Positions 1 through 11,179 of a stretch of DNA of 64,000 nucleotides are shown in pieces; within the stretch, counting starts at the first letter, position 1; each line of letters begins with the position of its first letter. The DNA comes from Myxococcales bacterium (GTDB lineage: Bacteria; Myxococcota_A; UBA9042; JABWCM01; BTVJ01). The stretch spans positions 32,001 through 96,000 of the forward strand of contig BTVJ01000007.1 in assembly GCA_045863395.1 (NCBI GenBank), written 5' to 3'. A program made the translations under genes and the position numbers. The notes under the pieces are model-generated. The model did not search any database, had not been told where the DNA came from, and saw only the letters and a program-made list of their open reading frames with translations.

Positions 1-1179
1 GAGCGAGCGCACGAACTGGGCGGCCCGGCCACTGCGCTCGGCGAGCGACTCCAAGTACGCGTCCACGTCTGCGTCGTCGGCGCTCAGGCCGTTCTGCTTG
101 GCGATGGCCTCTACCAGGAGCGCCTCGCGGACCACGCGCTCACCGCGGGCCAGGAACATATCGCGCGCCTCCGGCCCACCGAGGCCCAGCTTCTCGATGT
201 CGATGCCCTGGCGCTGCATCTCGCCCGCCATGTGCTCGGCCAGCATCTGGGCGCGGTCCTCTACGAGGGTCTGGGGGACCATGAAGTCCTCCCGCGCCAC
301 GAGCTGGTCCAGCAGGCGCTCCGTCGTCGCGCCCTTGGCGTCGGTGGCCTTCTGCTCCTGGATCTCTGCGCGCAGCTTGTCGCGCAGGGCGTCCAGGCTC
401 TCGTGATCCATGTCCCGGGCCAGATCGTCGTCCAGCTCCGGGATCTCGCGGCGGCGTACCTTCTGGGCGGTGACGTCGAAGAAGGCCTCCTGGCCCGCCA
501 GGTGCGCCGCGTGATAGTCGGCCGGGAAGCTGATGGAGAGTGTCCGGGCCTCGCCTGGGCGAATGCCCAGGAGCTGGTCCTCGAAGCCGGGGATGAAGGA
601 CCCGGAGCCGAGCTCCAGGTCGTGGCCCTCGCCCGAGCCGCCCTTGAAGGGCTCGTCGCCCAGGCGCCCGACGAAGTCGATGGTCACGATGTCGCCGGTG
701 TCTGCCCCGCCGTCTTCCACCGGGACCAGCTCGGCGCGCGACCTCCGCAGCTCCTCCAGACGACCCGCGATCTCCTCGTCCGAGGCCGAGTGGTCGAGCT
801 GGGGGATCGTCAGGCCATCGAGGCTGATGGGACCAAACTCCGGAGCGATGTCCACCTTGATGCTGTAGCGGTATGCGGAGCCCTGGGCGGCCGGCGCTTT
901 GTCGATGGCGAGGATGCCGACCGCCTCGACGGACGCCTCCTGCAGGGCCTTGGCCGCGGTCTCTTCGACCAGGCGGTCCCCGATGTCCGTCGCGAGAGTG
1001 GCGCCGAAGCGCTTCACGAGCAGGCTCCGGGGCACCTTCCCAGGCCGGAACCCCTTGATCGGGTTGCTCCGCGCGATGGCCCTCCAGGAGTCCTCGAACT
1101 CCTTGTCGACGCGCGCGGCGTCTATCTCCACCGTGATCTGCTTGGTGACGGGGCTCAGGGACTCGACGTCCACCTTCAT
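1..1179 (-). CDS. tig: Trigger factor (3' end runs off window)
   Basis: Reverse strand reads MKVDVESLSPVTK...KGFRPGKVP (ribosome-binding signature) followed by an FKBP-like segment (GFEDQL); lies directly downstream of tRNA-Leu. Not in the ORF track because the stop is outside the window. Confidence 0.93.
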   Translation of the reverse strand, partial: MKVDVESLSPVTKQITVEIDAARVDKEFEDSWRAIARSNPIKGFRPGKVPRSLLVKRFGATLATDIGDRLVEETAAKALQEASVEAVGILAIDKAPAAQGSAYRYSIKVDIAPEFGPISLDGLTIPQLDHSASDEEIAGRLEELRRSRAELVPVEDGGADTGDIVTIDFVGRLGDEPFKGGSGEGHDLELGSGSFIPGFEDQLLGIRPGEARTLSISFPADYHAAHLAGQEAFFDVTAQKVRRREIPELDDDLARDMDHESLDALRDKLRAEIQEQKATDAKGATTERLLDQLVAREDFMVPQTLVEDRAQMLAEHMAGEMQRQGIDIEKLGLGGPEARDMFLARGERVVREALLVEAIAKQNGLSADDADVDAYLESLAERSGRAAQFVRSL

Positions 1180-1318
1180 AGGAATCCTCGTGCTGGCGAC
1201 GGCGCCCGGGGGCGGCCGGTGTGCTTTTTGCCGGCGGGCGTCGCGTTTGAGCGAACCAGACCGGCCGTCCGGAGCCGCTCCGCGTGATGCCGCTGGCCGG
1301 TGGTCGGCCTGCGCTTCA

Positions 1319-1402
1319 TGGTGCGAGGGAGGGGACTCGAACCCCTACGGTGAAACCGCTGGAACCTAAATCCAGTGCGTCTACCAGTTCCGCCACCCTC
1401 GC
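1319..1402 (-). tRNA. tRNA-Leu(TAG)
   Basis: GCGAGGGTGGCGGAACTGGTAGACGCACTGGATTTAGGTTCCAG...GGTTCGAGTCCCCTCCCTCGCACCA; long variable arm, anticodon TAG, encoded CCA. Confidence 0.96.
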
Positions 1403-1433
1403 CTTGACACCAGGACTCAGGGCCCTTGAACAG

Positions 1434-1463
1434 AAAAACCGCCGCACCGGTCGGCGCGACGGT
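1434..1463 (-). terminator. Intrinsic terminator-like hairpin downstream of tRNA-Lys
   Basis: Minus strand ACCGTCGCGCC-GACC-GGTGCGGCGGT followed by TTTT. Confidence 0.55.
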
Positions 1464-1481
1464 CTCTCAGGAATGAACGAG

Positions 1482-1554
1482 TGAGCCAGGAAGGAATCGA
1501 ACCTTCAACCTCCGGATTAAGAGTCCGCTGCTCTACCAATTGAGCTACTGGCCC
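1482..1554 (-). tRNA. tRNA-Lys(CTT)
   Basis: GGGCCAGTAGCTCAATTGGTAGAGCAGCGGACTCTTAATCCG...GGTTCGATTCCTTCCTGGCTCA; anticodon CTT; CCA not encoded. Confidence 0.96.
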
Positions 1555-1592
1555 ATCTGACTTCCGGGAACCCGGGAGCCTTTGGAGGGCTG

Positions 1593-1621
1593 AGATTATC
1601 CATCTCGCCCTGCCCGGTCAA
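1593..1621 (-). promoter_or_regulatory. sigma70-type promoter for tRNA-Lys
   Basis: TTGACC-N17-TAATCT on the minus strand, about 40 nt upstream of the tRNA. Confidence 0.6.
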
Positions 1622-1664
1622 CGAAATTCTCGTGCGTCGCCGCTGCTTTTCTGACTCCCCTCGG

Positions 1665-1739
1665 TACGCCCGGCAGGATTCGAACCTGCGGCCTGCGGAT
1701 TCGAAGTCCGACGCTCTATCCGGGCTGAGCTACGGGCGC
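1665..1739 (-). tRNA. tRNA-Arg(TCG)
   Basis: GCGCCCGTAGCTCAGCCCGGATAGAGCGTCGGACTTCGAATCCG...GGTTCGAATCCTGCCGGGCGTA; anticodon TCG. Confidence 0.95.
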
Positions 1740-1794
1740 ATGGATCATACAGCGCGTGTCGCTTCGAGTGTTTTCAAGGGCATACGCCCTGCGG

Positions 1795-1868
1795 GGTGAG
1801 TGAAGGGACTTGAACCCTCGACGGCCGGAACCACAATCCGGAGCTCTACCTACTGAGCTACACCCACC
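1795..1868 (-). tRNA. tRNA-His(GTG)
   Basis: GGTGGGTGTAGCTCAGTAGGTAGAGCTCCGGATTGTGGTTCCGG...GGTTCAAGTCCCTTCACTCACC; anticodon GTG, G-1 present. Confidence 0.95.
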
Positions 1869-1903
1869 ATCGTCGCGGCCCGTCGGGCCGTCAGCGAGGC
1901 AGG

Positions 1904-1932
1904 ACCTTAGCAGGGAGGCGCGAGCGTGTCAA
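1904..1932 (-). promoter_or_regulatory. sigma70-type promoter for tRNA-His
   Basis: TTGACA-N17-TAAGGT with extended -10 TGn on the minus strand. Confidence 0.6.
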
Positions 1933-1952
1933 CGCCACTTCTGTCTCATTCT

Positions 1953-2029
<77 letters not shown>

Positions 2030-2126
2030 ATCGCTTATGCCCTCCCAGGCGCCGGATGGTATGCGGCCACCATGGGCGCGTCAAGGCGGCGGAGTGTGCG
2101 TGCCGCCTGACGGGCCGCGGGCGAGG

Positions 2127-2657
2127 TCAGGCGTGGGGCCCAGCCTGATGGTGTCGCCCGATGACCGTCCAGTGCAGGACGAGGCCGAGCGCCACGAGCG
2201 CGAGACCCCCGATGGGCACCCACAGGATGGGCAGCTCCGGCTGCTCCACCACGTCGTTGCCAAACCACACGCGCCGAGCGGCGATTCGATCATGGAGCGC
2301 CGCGCCCCAGAAGGTCATGAGCAGGAGCGAGGTCAGGAGGGACGAGACCTTCGGCAACGGGGTGCGCCGGTAGTGGCCCTTCACGTACAGGAGGATGAAG
2401 GCCAGGATGACGAGCCACATGGCCAGGAACATGAACCAGTCGCGGAACGGGTGGACGACGACGATGGCGGTCCCGGCTGCCGCAGTGGCCCCGTAGAGCA
2501 GCAGCAGCCCGATGAGGTAACGGGAGTGAATCGACGCGAGGAGGGAGCCCAGAGAGCGCACTCTCTGTACGGCGTCGCCTACGATCTCGCGGGCTTCCTC
2601 GACGGGGTCGTGCTGTGGCTCGGGGGGCGAGGGTGCGGGGTCCTGGGGCTCGGCCAT
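2127..2657 (-). CDS. Hypothetical membrane protein (about 4 TM helices)
   Basis: C-terminal part of ORF 2127..3710 from ATG 2657 (MAEPQDP...), 14 nt after the nuoN stop; four hydrophobic segments. Confidence 0.7.
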   Translation of the reverse strand: MAEPQDPAPSPPEPQHDPVEEAREIVGDAVQRVRSLGSLLASIHSRYLIGLLLLYGATAAAGTAIVVVHPFRDWFMFLAMWLVILAFILLYVKGHYRRTPLPKVSSLLTSLLLMTFWGAALHDRIAARRVWFGNDVVEQPELPILWVPIGGLALVALGLVLHWTVIGRHHQAGPHA

Positions 2658-2671
2658 GGCCTTGGGAGGCC

Positions 2672-4402
2672 TCAGGGGGCCGCAGCGGGCGCCGGATCTC
2701 CGGGGCTCGGGGCGCGCACGGCGGCCGCGCCGGGGACCTTGGGCTGCTCGAGGCGCACGTTCCGGAGGGCGCGGACCTGGTTTGCGTCCAGCAGGCGGAA
2801 GTTGGGCTTGGGCGCAGCCTCCGCCTGGACCGCGGGTGCCGGCCCGGCGTCTGCCCCCGCTGCTGCTACCAGGTCGTCGCGCGAGGCCGCACCGTAGATG
2901 GTGCTCGCAGCCGCCTTCTCTGCCCAGGTCACGTACTTCGAGGGGAACATGCCCGCCTGGAGCACGAACAGCGCCGAGATCCCGAAGACGAGCGCCATGG
3001 GGGTGCTGCGGATGGCCTCCGCCTGCCGGCGCTCCCCGCGCATGTACATGTAGACCGGGACCTTCAGGTAGTAGTAGACGCTGACCAGGCTGTTGAGCAC
3101 CGCGATGATTACGAGCGGGAGGTACTTGTCCGTGTTCGTGGTCAGGACCTGCGTGAACACCAGGTACTTCCCGAAGAAGCCGGCCGTGGGCGGGATGCCC
3201 GCGAGGCTGACCATGAACACGACCATGGCGACGGCCGCGAAGGGGTGGCGGTAGCCGAAGCCGGCGAGGTGCCCGAAGGAGATGTCCTCCTCCATGTCCT
3301 TGCCCAGCATGGACAGGACCGTGAAGGCGCCGATGGTCGCGACGGAGTAGACGAGCAGGTAGTAGAGGAGCCCGCTGCTCGCCACCTGCGCGACCTGGCC
3401 GCCGCCCAGGTCGAAGCCGCGGGTGGCGAGCACGGCGATCAGCAGGTAGCCGGCGTGGGCGATGCTCGAGTAGGCGAGGGTGCGCTTCACGTTGCGCTGG
3501 ACCACCGCGAGGATGTTGCCCACGCTCATGGTCAGGATGGCGAGCCAGAAGAAGATGTCCTGCCACGTGAACGCGAGCTGCGACCAGCCGCTGGCCTCGA
3601 AGAGGGTCAGGAACACGCGGGACAGGGCTACGAAGGTCGCCGTCTTCACGCCGGCGGCCATCAGGCCCGTCACGGGGGTCGGCGCGCCCTCGTAGACGTC
3701 GGGGGTCCACATGTGGAAGGGCACGGCCGCCGCCTTGAAGCCGAAGGCGACCACCAGCATGATCAGGATGATGTAGCCGAACCAGCCGTCAGCCGGGCTG
3801 TTGGCCGCGAACCAGGCCGCGATCTCGGAGAGGTTCGTCGAGCCCGACACCCCATAGGCGTAGGCGATGCCATAGAGCAGGAAGCCGGTGGAGAAGGCCC
3901 CGAGGAGGAAGTACTTGAGGGACGCCTCCACCGCGAACACGCTCTGGCGCTTGAAGCCCGCCAGCACGTAGATGGAGATGGACATGATCTCGAGGCCCAC
4001 GAAGAACGCGATGAGGTCCGCGGACATGACCATGGTCATCATGCCGGCGATGGCAAAGACCACCAGCATGTAGAACTCGGGCCACTCGCAGCGCTGCTCG
4101 GGCAGGTAGTCCACGGCGGAGATCAGGGCCAGGATGCCGACGATCAGGCAGACCGCGATGCCGAAGAGCGCGAAGCGGTCCACGACGAGCATGGAGCGCC
4201 AGAAGGGGGTGACCAGCTCGGTGCTGCCCTGCGCGAACAGCACGCCCGTGGCGAGGAGCGCGATGCCGAGCCCCGCTGCCGACAGGTAGCCCAGGAAAGC
4301 CTTGCGGTCGTCGAGGTTGGCGAACACGCCCGCGATCATCACCAGGAGCCCGACGGCCGTGACGATCAGGAGCGGCGATAGGGTGACCAGATCTCCCAGC
4401 AT
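2672..4402 (-). CDS. nuoN: NADH-quinone oxidoreductase subunit N
   Basis: EASLKYFLLGA, FKAAAVPFHMWTPDVYEGAPTP, LAYSSIAHAGY, GIPPTAGFFGK; Ala/Pro-rich C-terminal extension. Confidence 0.96.
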   Translation of the reverse strand: MLGDLVTLSPLLIVTAVGLLVMIAGVFANLDDRKAFLGYLSAAGLGIALLATGVLFAQGSTELVTPFWRSMLVVDRFALFGIAVCLIVGILALISAVDYLPEQRCEWPEFYMLVVFAIAGMMTMVMSADLIAFFVGLEIMSISIYVLAGFKRQSVFAVEASLKYFLLGAFSTGFLLYGIAYAYGVSGSTNLSEIAAWFAANSPADGWFGYIILIMLVVAFGFKAAAVPFHMWTPDVYEGAPTPVTGLMAAGVKTATFVALSRVFLTLFEASGWSQLAFTWQDIFFWLAILTMSVGNILAVVQRNVKRTLAYSSIAHAGYLLIAVLATRGFDLGGGQVAQVASSGLLYYLLVYSVATIGAFTVLSMLGKDMEEDISFGHLAGFGYRHPFAAVAMVVFMVSLAGIPPTAGFFGKYLVFTQVLTTNTDKYLPLVIIAVLNSLVSVYYYLKVPVYMYMRGERRQAEAIRSTPMALVFGISALFVLQAGMFPSKYVTWAEKAAASTIYGAASRDDLVAAAGADAGPAPAVQAEAAPKPNFRLLDANQVRALRNVRLEQPKVPGAAAVRAPSPGDPAPAAAP

Positions 4403-4412
4403 GAATGGCTCC

Positions 4413-6314
4413 TCAGTGGCTCGCGCCGGGGCGGAAGGCTACCTCGACCCGCTCGCGCGCGGCCTCGACGACCTGGGCGGGCTCGTCGGCTTCCGCGCGC
4501 GCCTGCTCGATGAGCAGCTTCTGCTTCATGCGGGGCACCGTCTCGGGCGAGCGGTGCTCCGTCATCGGCATCTGGTAGGTGCGCACGAAGCTCTCGACGG
4601 ACGCGTGCATCTTGTCCAGCATCGTGGACGGGAAGAACCCGATCACGAAGATCGCCGCGACCAGGGGCATCAGCACCACCCACTCCCGCAGGTTCAGGTC
4701 CTTGATGTTCTGGTTCTTGACCTGGGTGACGGGCCCGAACAGCACGCGGCGGTACATGGACAGCATGTAGATGGCGCCCAGGATGACGCCCGTCGTGGCG
4801 AGCGTGCCCATGGCCAGCGAGTAGTTGCGGAAGGTGCGCAGGGCGTTCACTCCCTGGAGCACGAGCCCGTAGAGCTCGGCTCTCCAGAGCACCACCACGA
4901 GGACGGCCACGAGCACCAGGGCGCCGGGCACGACCTTTCGGGTGATCGGGTCCTCCATGTCGCGGAACAGGGCGTAGGCGACGGCCAGGATGCCGATGAG
5001 CACGCTCGCGAAGAGGGCGGCCGCGATCATGTGCTGGAGGGAGCCGGGCTCCGGCGCCGCCTGCAGCACGGAGCCCAGGCCCGCCGTGAAGGTGCCGCTC
5101 AGGATCAGGAACTCGCCGATGAAGCCGTTGGTGCCCGGCAAGCCGATGGACGACAGGGTCATGATCATGAGCATGGTCGCAAACCAGGGCACGACCCGGG
5201 CGATGCCGCCGTAGTCCTCGATGAGCCGCGTGTGACGGCGCTCGTAGATCATGCCGACGAGGAGGAAGAGCCCGCCCGTGGAGATGCCGTGGTTGATCAT
5301 CTGGAGGATGGCGCCCTCCACCGCCTCCTGGCTCATGGCCATGAGGCCGAGCATCACGAAGCCCAGGTGGCTCACCGACGAGTAGGCGACCAGCTTCTTG
5401 ATGTCCTTCTGGGCGTAGGCGACCAGCGCGCCATAGATGATGCCGATGACGGACAGCAGCATGATCGGCATGGACCAGGCGCCCGCGGCCTCGGGGAAGA
5501 GCGGGATGGCGAAGCGCACGAAGCCGTAGGTGCCCATCTTGAGGAGCACGCCGGCCAGCACCACGGAGCCGGCCGTCGGCGCCTGGACGTGGGCGTCGGG
5601 CAGCCACGTGTGGAAGGGGAAGATGGGCACCTTGATGGCGAAGGCGAGGCCAAAGGCCCCGAAGAGCCAGAGCTGCTCCGTGTAGGAGAGCTCCGTCTGC
5701 ACGAAGTCGAGGAGCGAGAACGTGGAGTGGCCCGCCTTGATGTAGATGTAGATGATGCCGACCAGCATCAGGAGCGAGCCGACCATGGTGAACAGGAAGA
5801 ACTTGACCGTGGCGTAGATGCGGTCCTGGCCGCCCCAGATGCCGATCATCAGGAACATGGGGATCAGCATGAACTCCCAGAAGATGTAGAACAGGAACAC
5901 ATCCAGGGAGATCAGGGCGCCGAGCATGCCGGTCTCGAGGACCAGGTAGCTCATGTAGAACTCCTTGGAGTTCGTCTCGATGGCCGAGAACGCGCCCAGG
6001 ATGATGATCGGGGAGAGGAAGGTGGTCAGCAGGACGAGCCAGAGGGAGAGGCCGTCGACGCCGAGGAAGTAGGTGATCCCCAGCGCCTCGATCCACGAGC
6101 GCTGCTCCACCATCTGGAAGCCGGCGGCGGTGACGTCGAAGTCAGCGAGGATGCGCAGGGAGAACACGAACCCGAGCGCGCTCACGCCCAGCGCGATGTT
6201 GCGGATCAGGAGCGCCTGACCGCGGGGCACGAGCGCCAGCAAGAGCGCCCCGAGCAGCGGGATGAACGTGACGATCGTCAGGATCGGGAAGCCGGCCACC
6301 GTCTCGACTTGCAT
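4413..6314 (-). CDS. nuoM: NADH-quinone oxidoreductase subunit M (with internal insertion)
   Basis: FYIFWEFMLIPMF, AFAIKVPIFPFHTWLPDAHVQAPT, LVAYSSVSHLG, GLPGTNGFIGEF. Confidence 0.96.
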   Translation of the reverse strand: MQVETVAGFPILTIVTFIPLLGALLLALVPRGQALLIRNIALGVSALGFVFSLRILADFDVTAAGFQMVEQRSWIEALGITYFLGVDGLSLWLVLLTTFLSPIIILGAFSAIETNSKEFYMSYLVLETGMLGALISLDVFLFYIFWEFMLIPMFLMIGIWGGQDRIYATVKFFLFTMVGSLLMLVGIIYIYIKAGHSTFSLLDFVQTELSYTEQLWLFGAFGLAFAIKVPIFPFHTWLPDAHVQAPTAGSVVLAGVLLKMGTYGFVRFAIPLFPEAAGAWSMPIMLLSVIGIIYGALVAYAQKDIKKLVAYSSVSHLGFVMLGLMAMSQEAVEGAILQMINHGISTGGLFLLVGMIYERRHTRLIEDYGGIARVVPWFATMLMIMTLSSIGLPGTNGFIGEFLILSGTFTAGLGSVLQAAPEPGSLQHMIAAALFASVLIGILAVAYALFRDMEDPITRKVVPGALVLVAVLVVVLWRAELYGLVLQGVNALRTFRNYSLAMGTLATTGVILGAIYMLSMYRRVLFGPVTQVKNQNIKDLNLREWVVLMPLVAAIFVIGFFPSTMLDKMHASVESFVRTYQMPMTEHRSPETVPRMKQKLLIEQARAEADEPAQVVEAARERVEVAFRPGASH

Positions 6315-6327
6315 CGGTTCCTCGCCC

Positions 6328-8322
<1,995 letters not shown>

Positions 8323-8350
8323 CGAGCGGCTCTCCTCGGATGCGCCGGTC

Positions 8351-8659
8351 TCAGTGTTTCAATGCCTTGATCTCGTCCACGTTCAGCGTCTGTTTGTGAC
8401 GGAACACGGACAGGACGATGGCGAGCCCCACGGCAGCCTCCGCGGCGGCCACCGCGATGACGAAGAACGCGATGGCCTGGCCACCCTCGTCGCCGCGGTA
8501 GCGGGAGAAGGCGACCAGCGTCAGGTTGACCGCGTTGAGCATGATCTCGACGCTCATGAAGATGATCAGCGCGTTGCGGCGCGTCAGCACGCCGACTGCG
8601 CCGATGGCGAACAGCACGGCGCCGAGCGTCAGGTACCAAGAGAGCGGGATCGTCGACAT
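8351..8659 (-). CDS. nuoK: NADH-quinone oxidoreductase subunit K
   Basis: [31 protein letters not shown]. Confidence 0.97.
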   Translation of the reverse strand: MSTIPLSWYLTLGAVLFAIGAVGVLTRRNALIIFMSVEIMLNAVNLTLVAFSRYRGDEGGQAIAFFVIAVAAAEAAVGLAIVLSVFRHKQTLNVDEIKALKH

Positions 8660-8692
8660 GCGCGGTCTCCTCGGGGCGTCCCCGGCGCCGGA

Positions 8693-9208
8693 TCAGAGCT
8701 GCTTCTTCGCCATGACGAGCGCCCCGATGACCGCCACGAGGAGCAGCACCGAGGTCAGCTCGAACGGGATCATGAAGTCCTTGTAGAGGAGCTGCCCCAC
8801 GGACGCGACGCTGCCGAAGTCCGGGGCATCGTTGAGGTTTGCCCCCATGCTCGCGGCCAGGGGGTCGCCCGAGATGAACGTGAAGAGCTTGCCCAGCACG
8901 AACAGCAGGGCCAGGCCGCCTATCACCTTCGTCAGCGTCAGGCGCGAGTCGCCCAGCTCCTCGGTGCGGAGGTTCAGCAGCATGATCACGAACACGAACA
9001 GCACCATGATCGCGCCGGCGTAGACCAGGACCTGGAGCGCGGCCAGGAGGTGCGCCGCCAGCAGGGCGAACAGGCCGGCGATGGCGGCGAAGCTCAACAC
9101 CAGCGACAGGGCCGCGTGGATGGGGTTGCGGCCGAACGGAGGCACCACGACCGCCAGCGAGGTGATCACCGCGCCGACTGCGAGGACCCAGAAGACTGCC
9201 TGCTCCAT
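8693..9208 (-). CDS. nuoJ: NADH-quinone oxidoreductase subunit J
   Basis: NPIHAAL, QVLVYAGAIMVLFVFVIMLL, PFELTSVLLLVA. Confidence 0.96.
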   Translation of the reverse strand: MEQAVFWVLAVGAVITSLAVVVPPFGRNPIHAALSLVLSFAAIAGLFALLAAHLLAALQVLVYAGAIMVLFVFVIMLLNLRTEELGDSRLTLTKVIGGLALLFVLGKLFTFISGDPLAASMGANLNDAPDFGSVASVGQLLYKDFMIPFELTSVLLLVAVIGALVMAKKQL

Positions 9209-9229
9209 GGCTCGCCGTTCTCGCTTGTT

Positions 9230-10504
9230 TCAGGAGGCCTTGTACGGACAGCGGCCCAGTTCGATGTGCCGCTCGAACTCCGAGCGGTACTTCTTGACGA
9301 AGCTGCGGACCGGCCACGCAGCGGCGTCGCCGAGCGCGCAGATCGTGTTGCCCTCGATGCGGCTCGCGCCGTGCTCGAGCAGGTCGATGTGCTCGTGCTT
9401 GCCGACGCCCTTCTCGATGTCCTTGATGATGCGGTAGAGCCAGCCCGTGCCCTCGCGGCAGGGCGTGCACTGGCCGCAGCTCTCGTGGGCATAGAAGCGG
9501 CTGATGCGCAGCAGCACCTGCACGAGGCAGGTCGGCTCGGCGATGACCATGACGCCCGCCGTCCCCAGCATGGACCCGACCGCCTTGAAGGAGTCGAAGT
9601 CCGCAGGGATGTCGATCTCGTCCGGCCTGATGATCGGGCACGACGAGCCGCCGGGGATGACCCCCTTGAGCGGGCGGTCGTCGAGGATGCCCCCGCACAG
9701 GTCGTAGATGATGTCCTTCAGGTTCGTGCCGAGCTTGACCTCGTAGAGGCCGGGGCGCTTCACGTGCCCGCTGACGCAGAACACCTTGGTGCCGCCGTTG
9801 CGCTCGGTGCCGTGGCTGTTGAACCAGTCGGCGCCGTGCTTGATGATCTGCGGGACGTTGACCAGCGTCTCGACGTTGTTGACCACCGTCGGGCAGGCGA
9901 ACAGGCCCTCCACCGCCGGAAACGGCGGCTTGAGGCGCGGCTGGCCGGCCTTGCCCTCCAGGGAGTTGAGCAGCGCGGTCTCTTCGCCGCAGATGTAGGC
10001 GCCCGCCCCCGTATGGGTGTAGATCTCGAGGTCGAAGCCCGTCCCCATGAGGTTCCTGCCGAGCAGCCCCGCCTTGCGCGCCCGGTCGATGGCCGCCTCG
10101 ACGATGGCGATCTCCTCGGCGAACTCGCCCCGGATGTAGATGTAGCAGGTGTGGATGTCGAGGGCGAAGCTGCAGATGATGCAGCCCTCGATGAGGGGGT
10201 ACGGGTCCCACTTGAGCCAGTAGCGGTCCTTGAACGTGCCCGGCTCGCCCTCGTCGGCGTTGACGACCAGGTACTTGGGCTTCTCGCTGACCTTGGGGAC
10301 GAAGCCCCACTTGACGCCCGCCGGGAAGCCCGCGCCGCCGCGGCCACGCAGGTTCGCCCGCTTGACCTCGTCGACGATGGCGTCCTTGTCCATGGACAGG
10401 GCCTTCTTGACCGCCTCGAAGCCGCCGCTGGCGCGGTGGACGTTGAGATCGGTCCAGTCCTTGTCGTAGCCCCGGAAGATGTAGTTGTAGGTCTGGACGG
10501 CCAT
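9230..10504 (-). CDS. nuoF: NADH-quinone oxidoreductase subunit F
   Basis: LRGRGGAGFP, NADEGEPGTFKDR, GAGAYICGEETAL, ESCGQCTPCREG. Confidence 0.97.
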   Translation of the reverse strand: MAVQTYNYIFRGYDKDWTDLNVHRASGGFEAVKKALSMDKDAIVDEVKRANLRGRGGAGFPAGVKWGFVPKVSEKPKYLVVNADEGEPGTFKDRYWLKWDPYPLIEGCIICSFALDIHTCYIYIRGEFAEEIAIVEAAIDRARKAGLLGRNLMGTGFDLEIYTHTGAGAYICGEETALLNSLEGKAGQPRLKPPFPAVEGLFACPTVVNNVETLVNVPQIIKHGADWFNSHGTERNGGTKVFCVSGHVKRPGLYEVKLGTNLKDIIYDLCGGILDDRPLKGVIPGGSSCPIIRPDEIDIPADFDSFKAVGSMLGTAGVMVIAEPTCLVQVLLRISRFYAHESCGQCTPCREGTGWLYRIIKDIEKGVGKHEHIDLLEHGASRIEGNTICALGDAAAWPVRSFVKKYRSEFERHIELGRCPYKAS

Positions 10505-10507
10505 GCG

Positions 10508-10990
10508 CTACCCCCTCGCCCGCAGCTCGTCCACCAGGGCGACCGCCTTCTGGGGAGTCATGTTCTCGTGGAAGCGGCGGTTGACCTGGAGGGCCGGGGC
10601 CGTCCCGCACGCGGCGAGGCACTGCACCTCGTCCAGCGTGAACAGCTTGTCCGGCGTGGTCTCGCCGAGGCCGATCCCCAGCTTCTTCTGCAGCGCGGCA
10701 ACGATCTCGTCGCAGCCTCGCAGGAAGCAGCTCACGTTGGTGCACACCTCGACGTGGTGCTTCCCGACCGGCTTCTTGTAGAGCATCGTGTAGAAGGTCG
10801 CGGTGTTCAGGACCTCGGTGGGGGCCATCTCCAGCCGCTTCGCCACGTACTCCAGCGCCTCGAGGGTCAGGTAACCGTGCTCTGCCTGGGTCAGGAAGAG
10901 GGTCGGGATGAGGGCCGCCGGCTTGTTCGGGTAGCGCTTGAGCAGCGCCTGGAACTTTGCCTCGGTCGCCGCCGAGAAGTCGATGCTCAT
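10508..10990 (-). CDS. nuoE: NADH-quinone oxidoreductase subunit E
   Basis: ATFYTM, VCTNVSC...CLAACGTAP [2Fe-2S] ligands. Confidence 0.96.
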   Translation of the reverse strand: MSIDFSAATEAKFQALLKRYPNKPAALIPTLFLTQAEHGYLTLEALEYVAKRLEMAPTEVLNTATFYTMLYKKPVGKHHVEVCTNVSCFLRGCDEIVAALQKKLGIGLGETTPDKLFTLDEVQCLAACGTAPALQVNRRFHENMTPQKAVALVDELRARG

Positions 10991-11060
10991 GGTGTCGAAC
11001 CGCTCGTAATCATGGTTCTTTTTGCACTATCAGCCCGGCCGGGTGCCGCAAGGCGGGTTG

Positions 11061-11089
11061 ACCCTATCCAAAGGTCCGGATCATGTCAA
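11061..11089 (-). promoter_or_regulatory. sigma70-type promoter for the nuoEFJKLMN operon
   Basis: TTGACA-N17-TAGGGT on the minus strand, 70 nt upstream of nuoE. Confidence 0.55.
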
Positions 11090-11179
11090 GGGAAGTGTCC
11101 GGGGCGCTTGGAGCGAGGATTCGCGGGGGGATACGGCGCCCGCAGCGCGGGCCGCGGCGCGTGGTTACGACGCGGTGCG

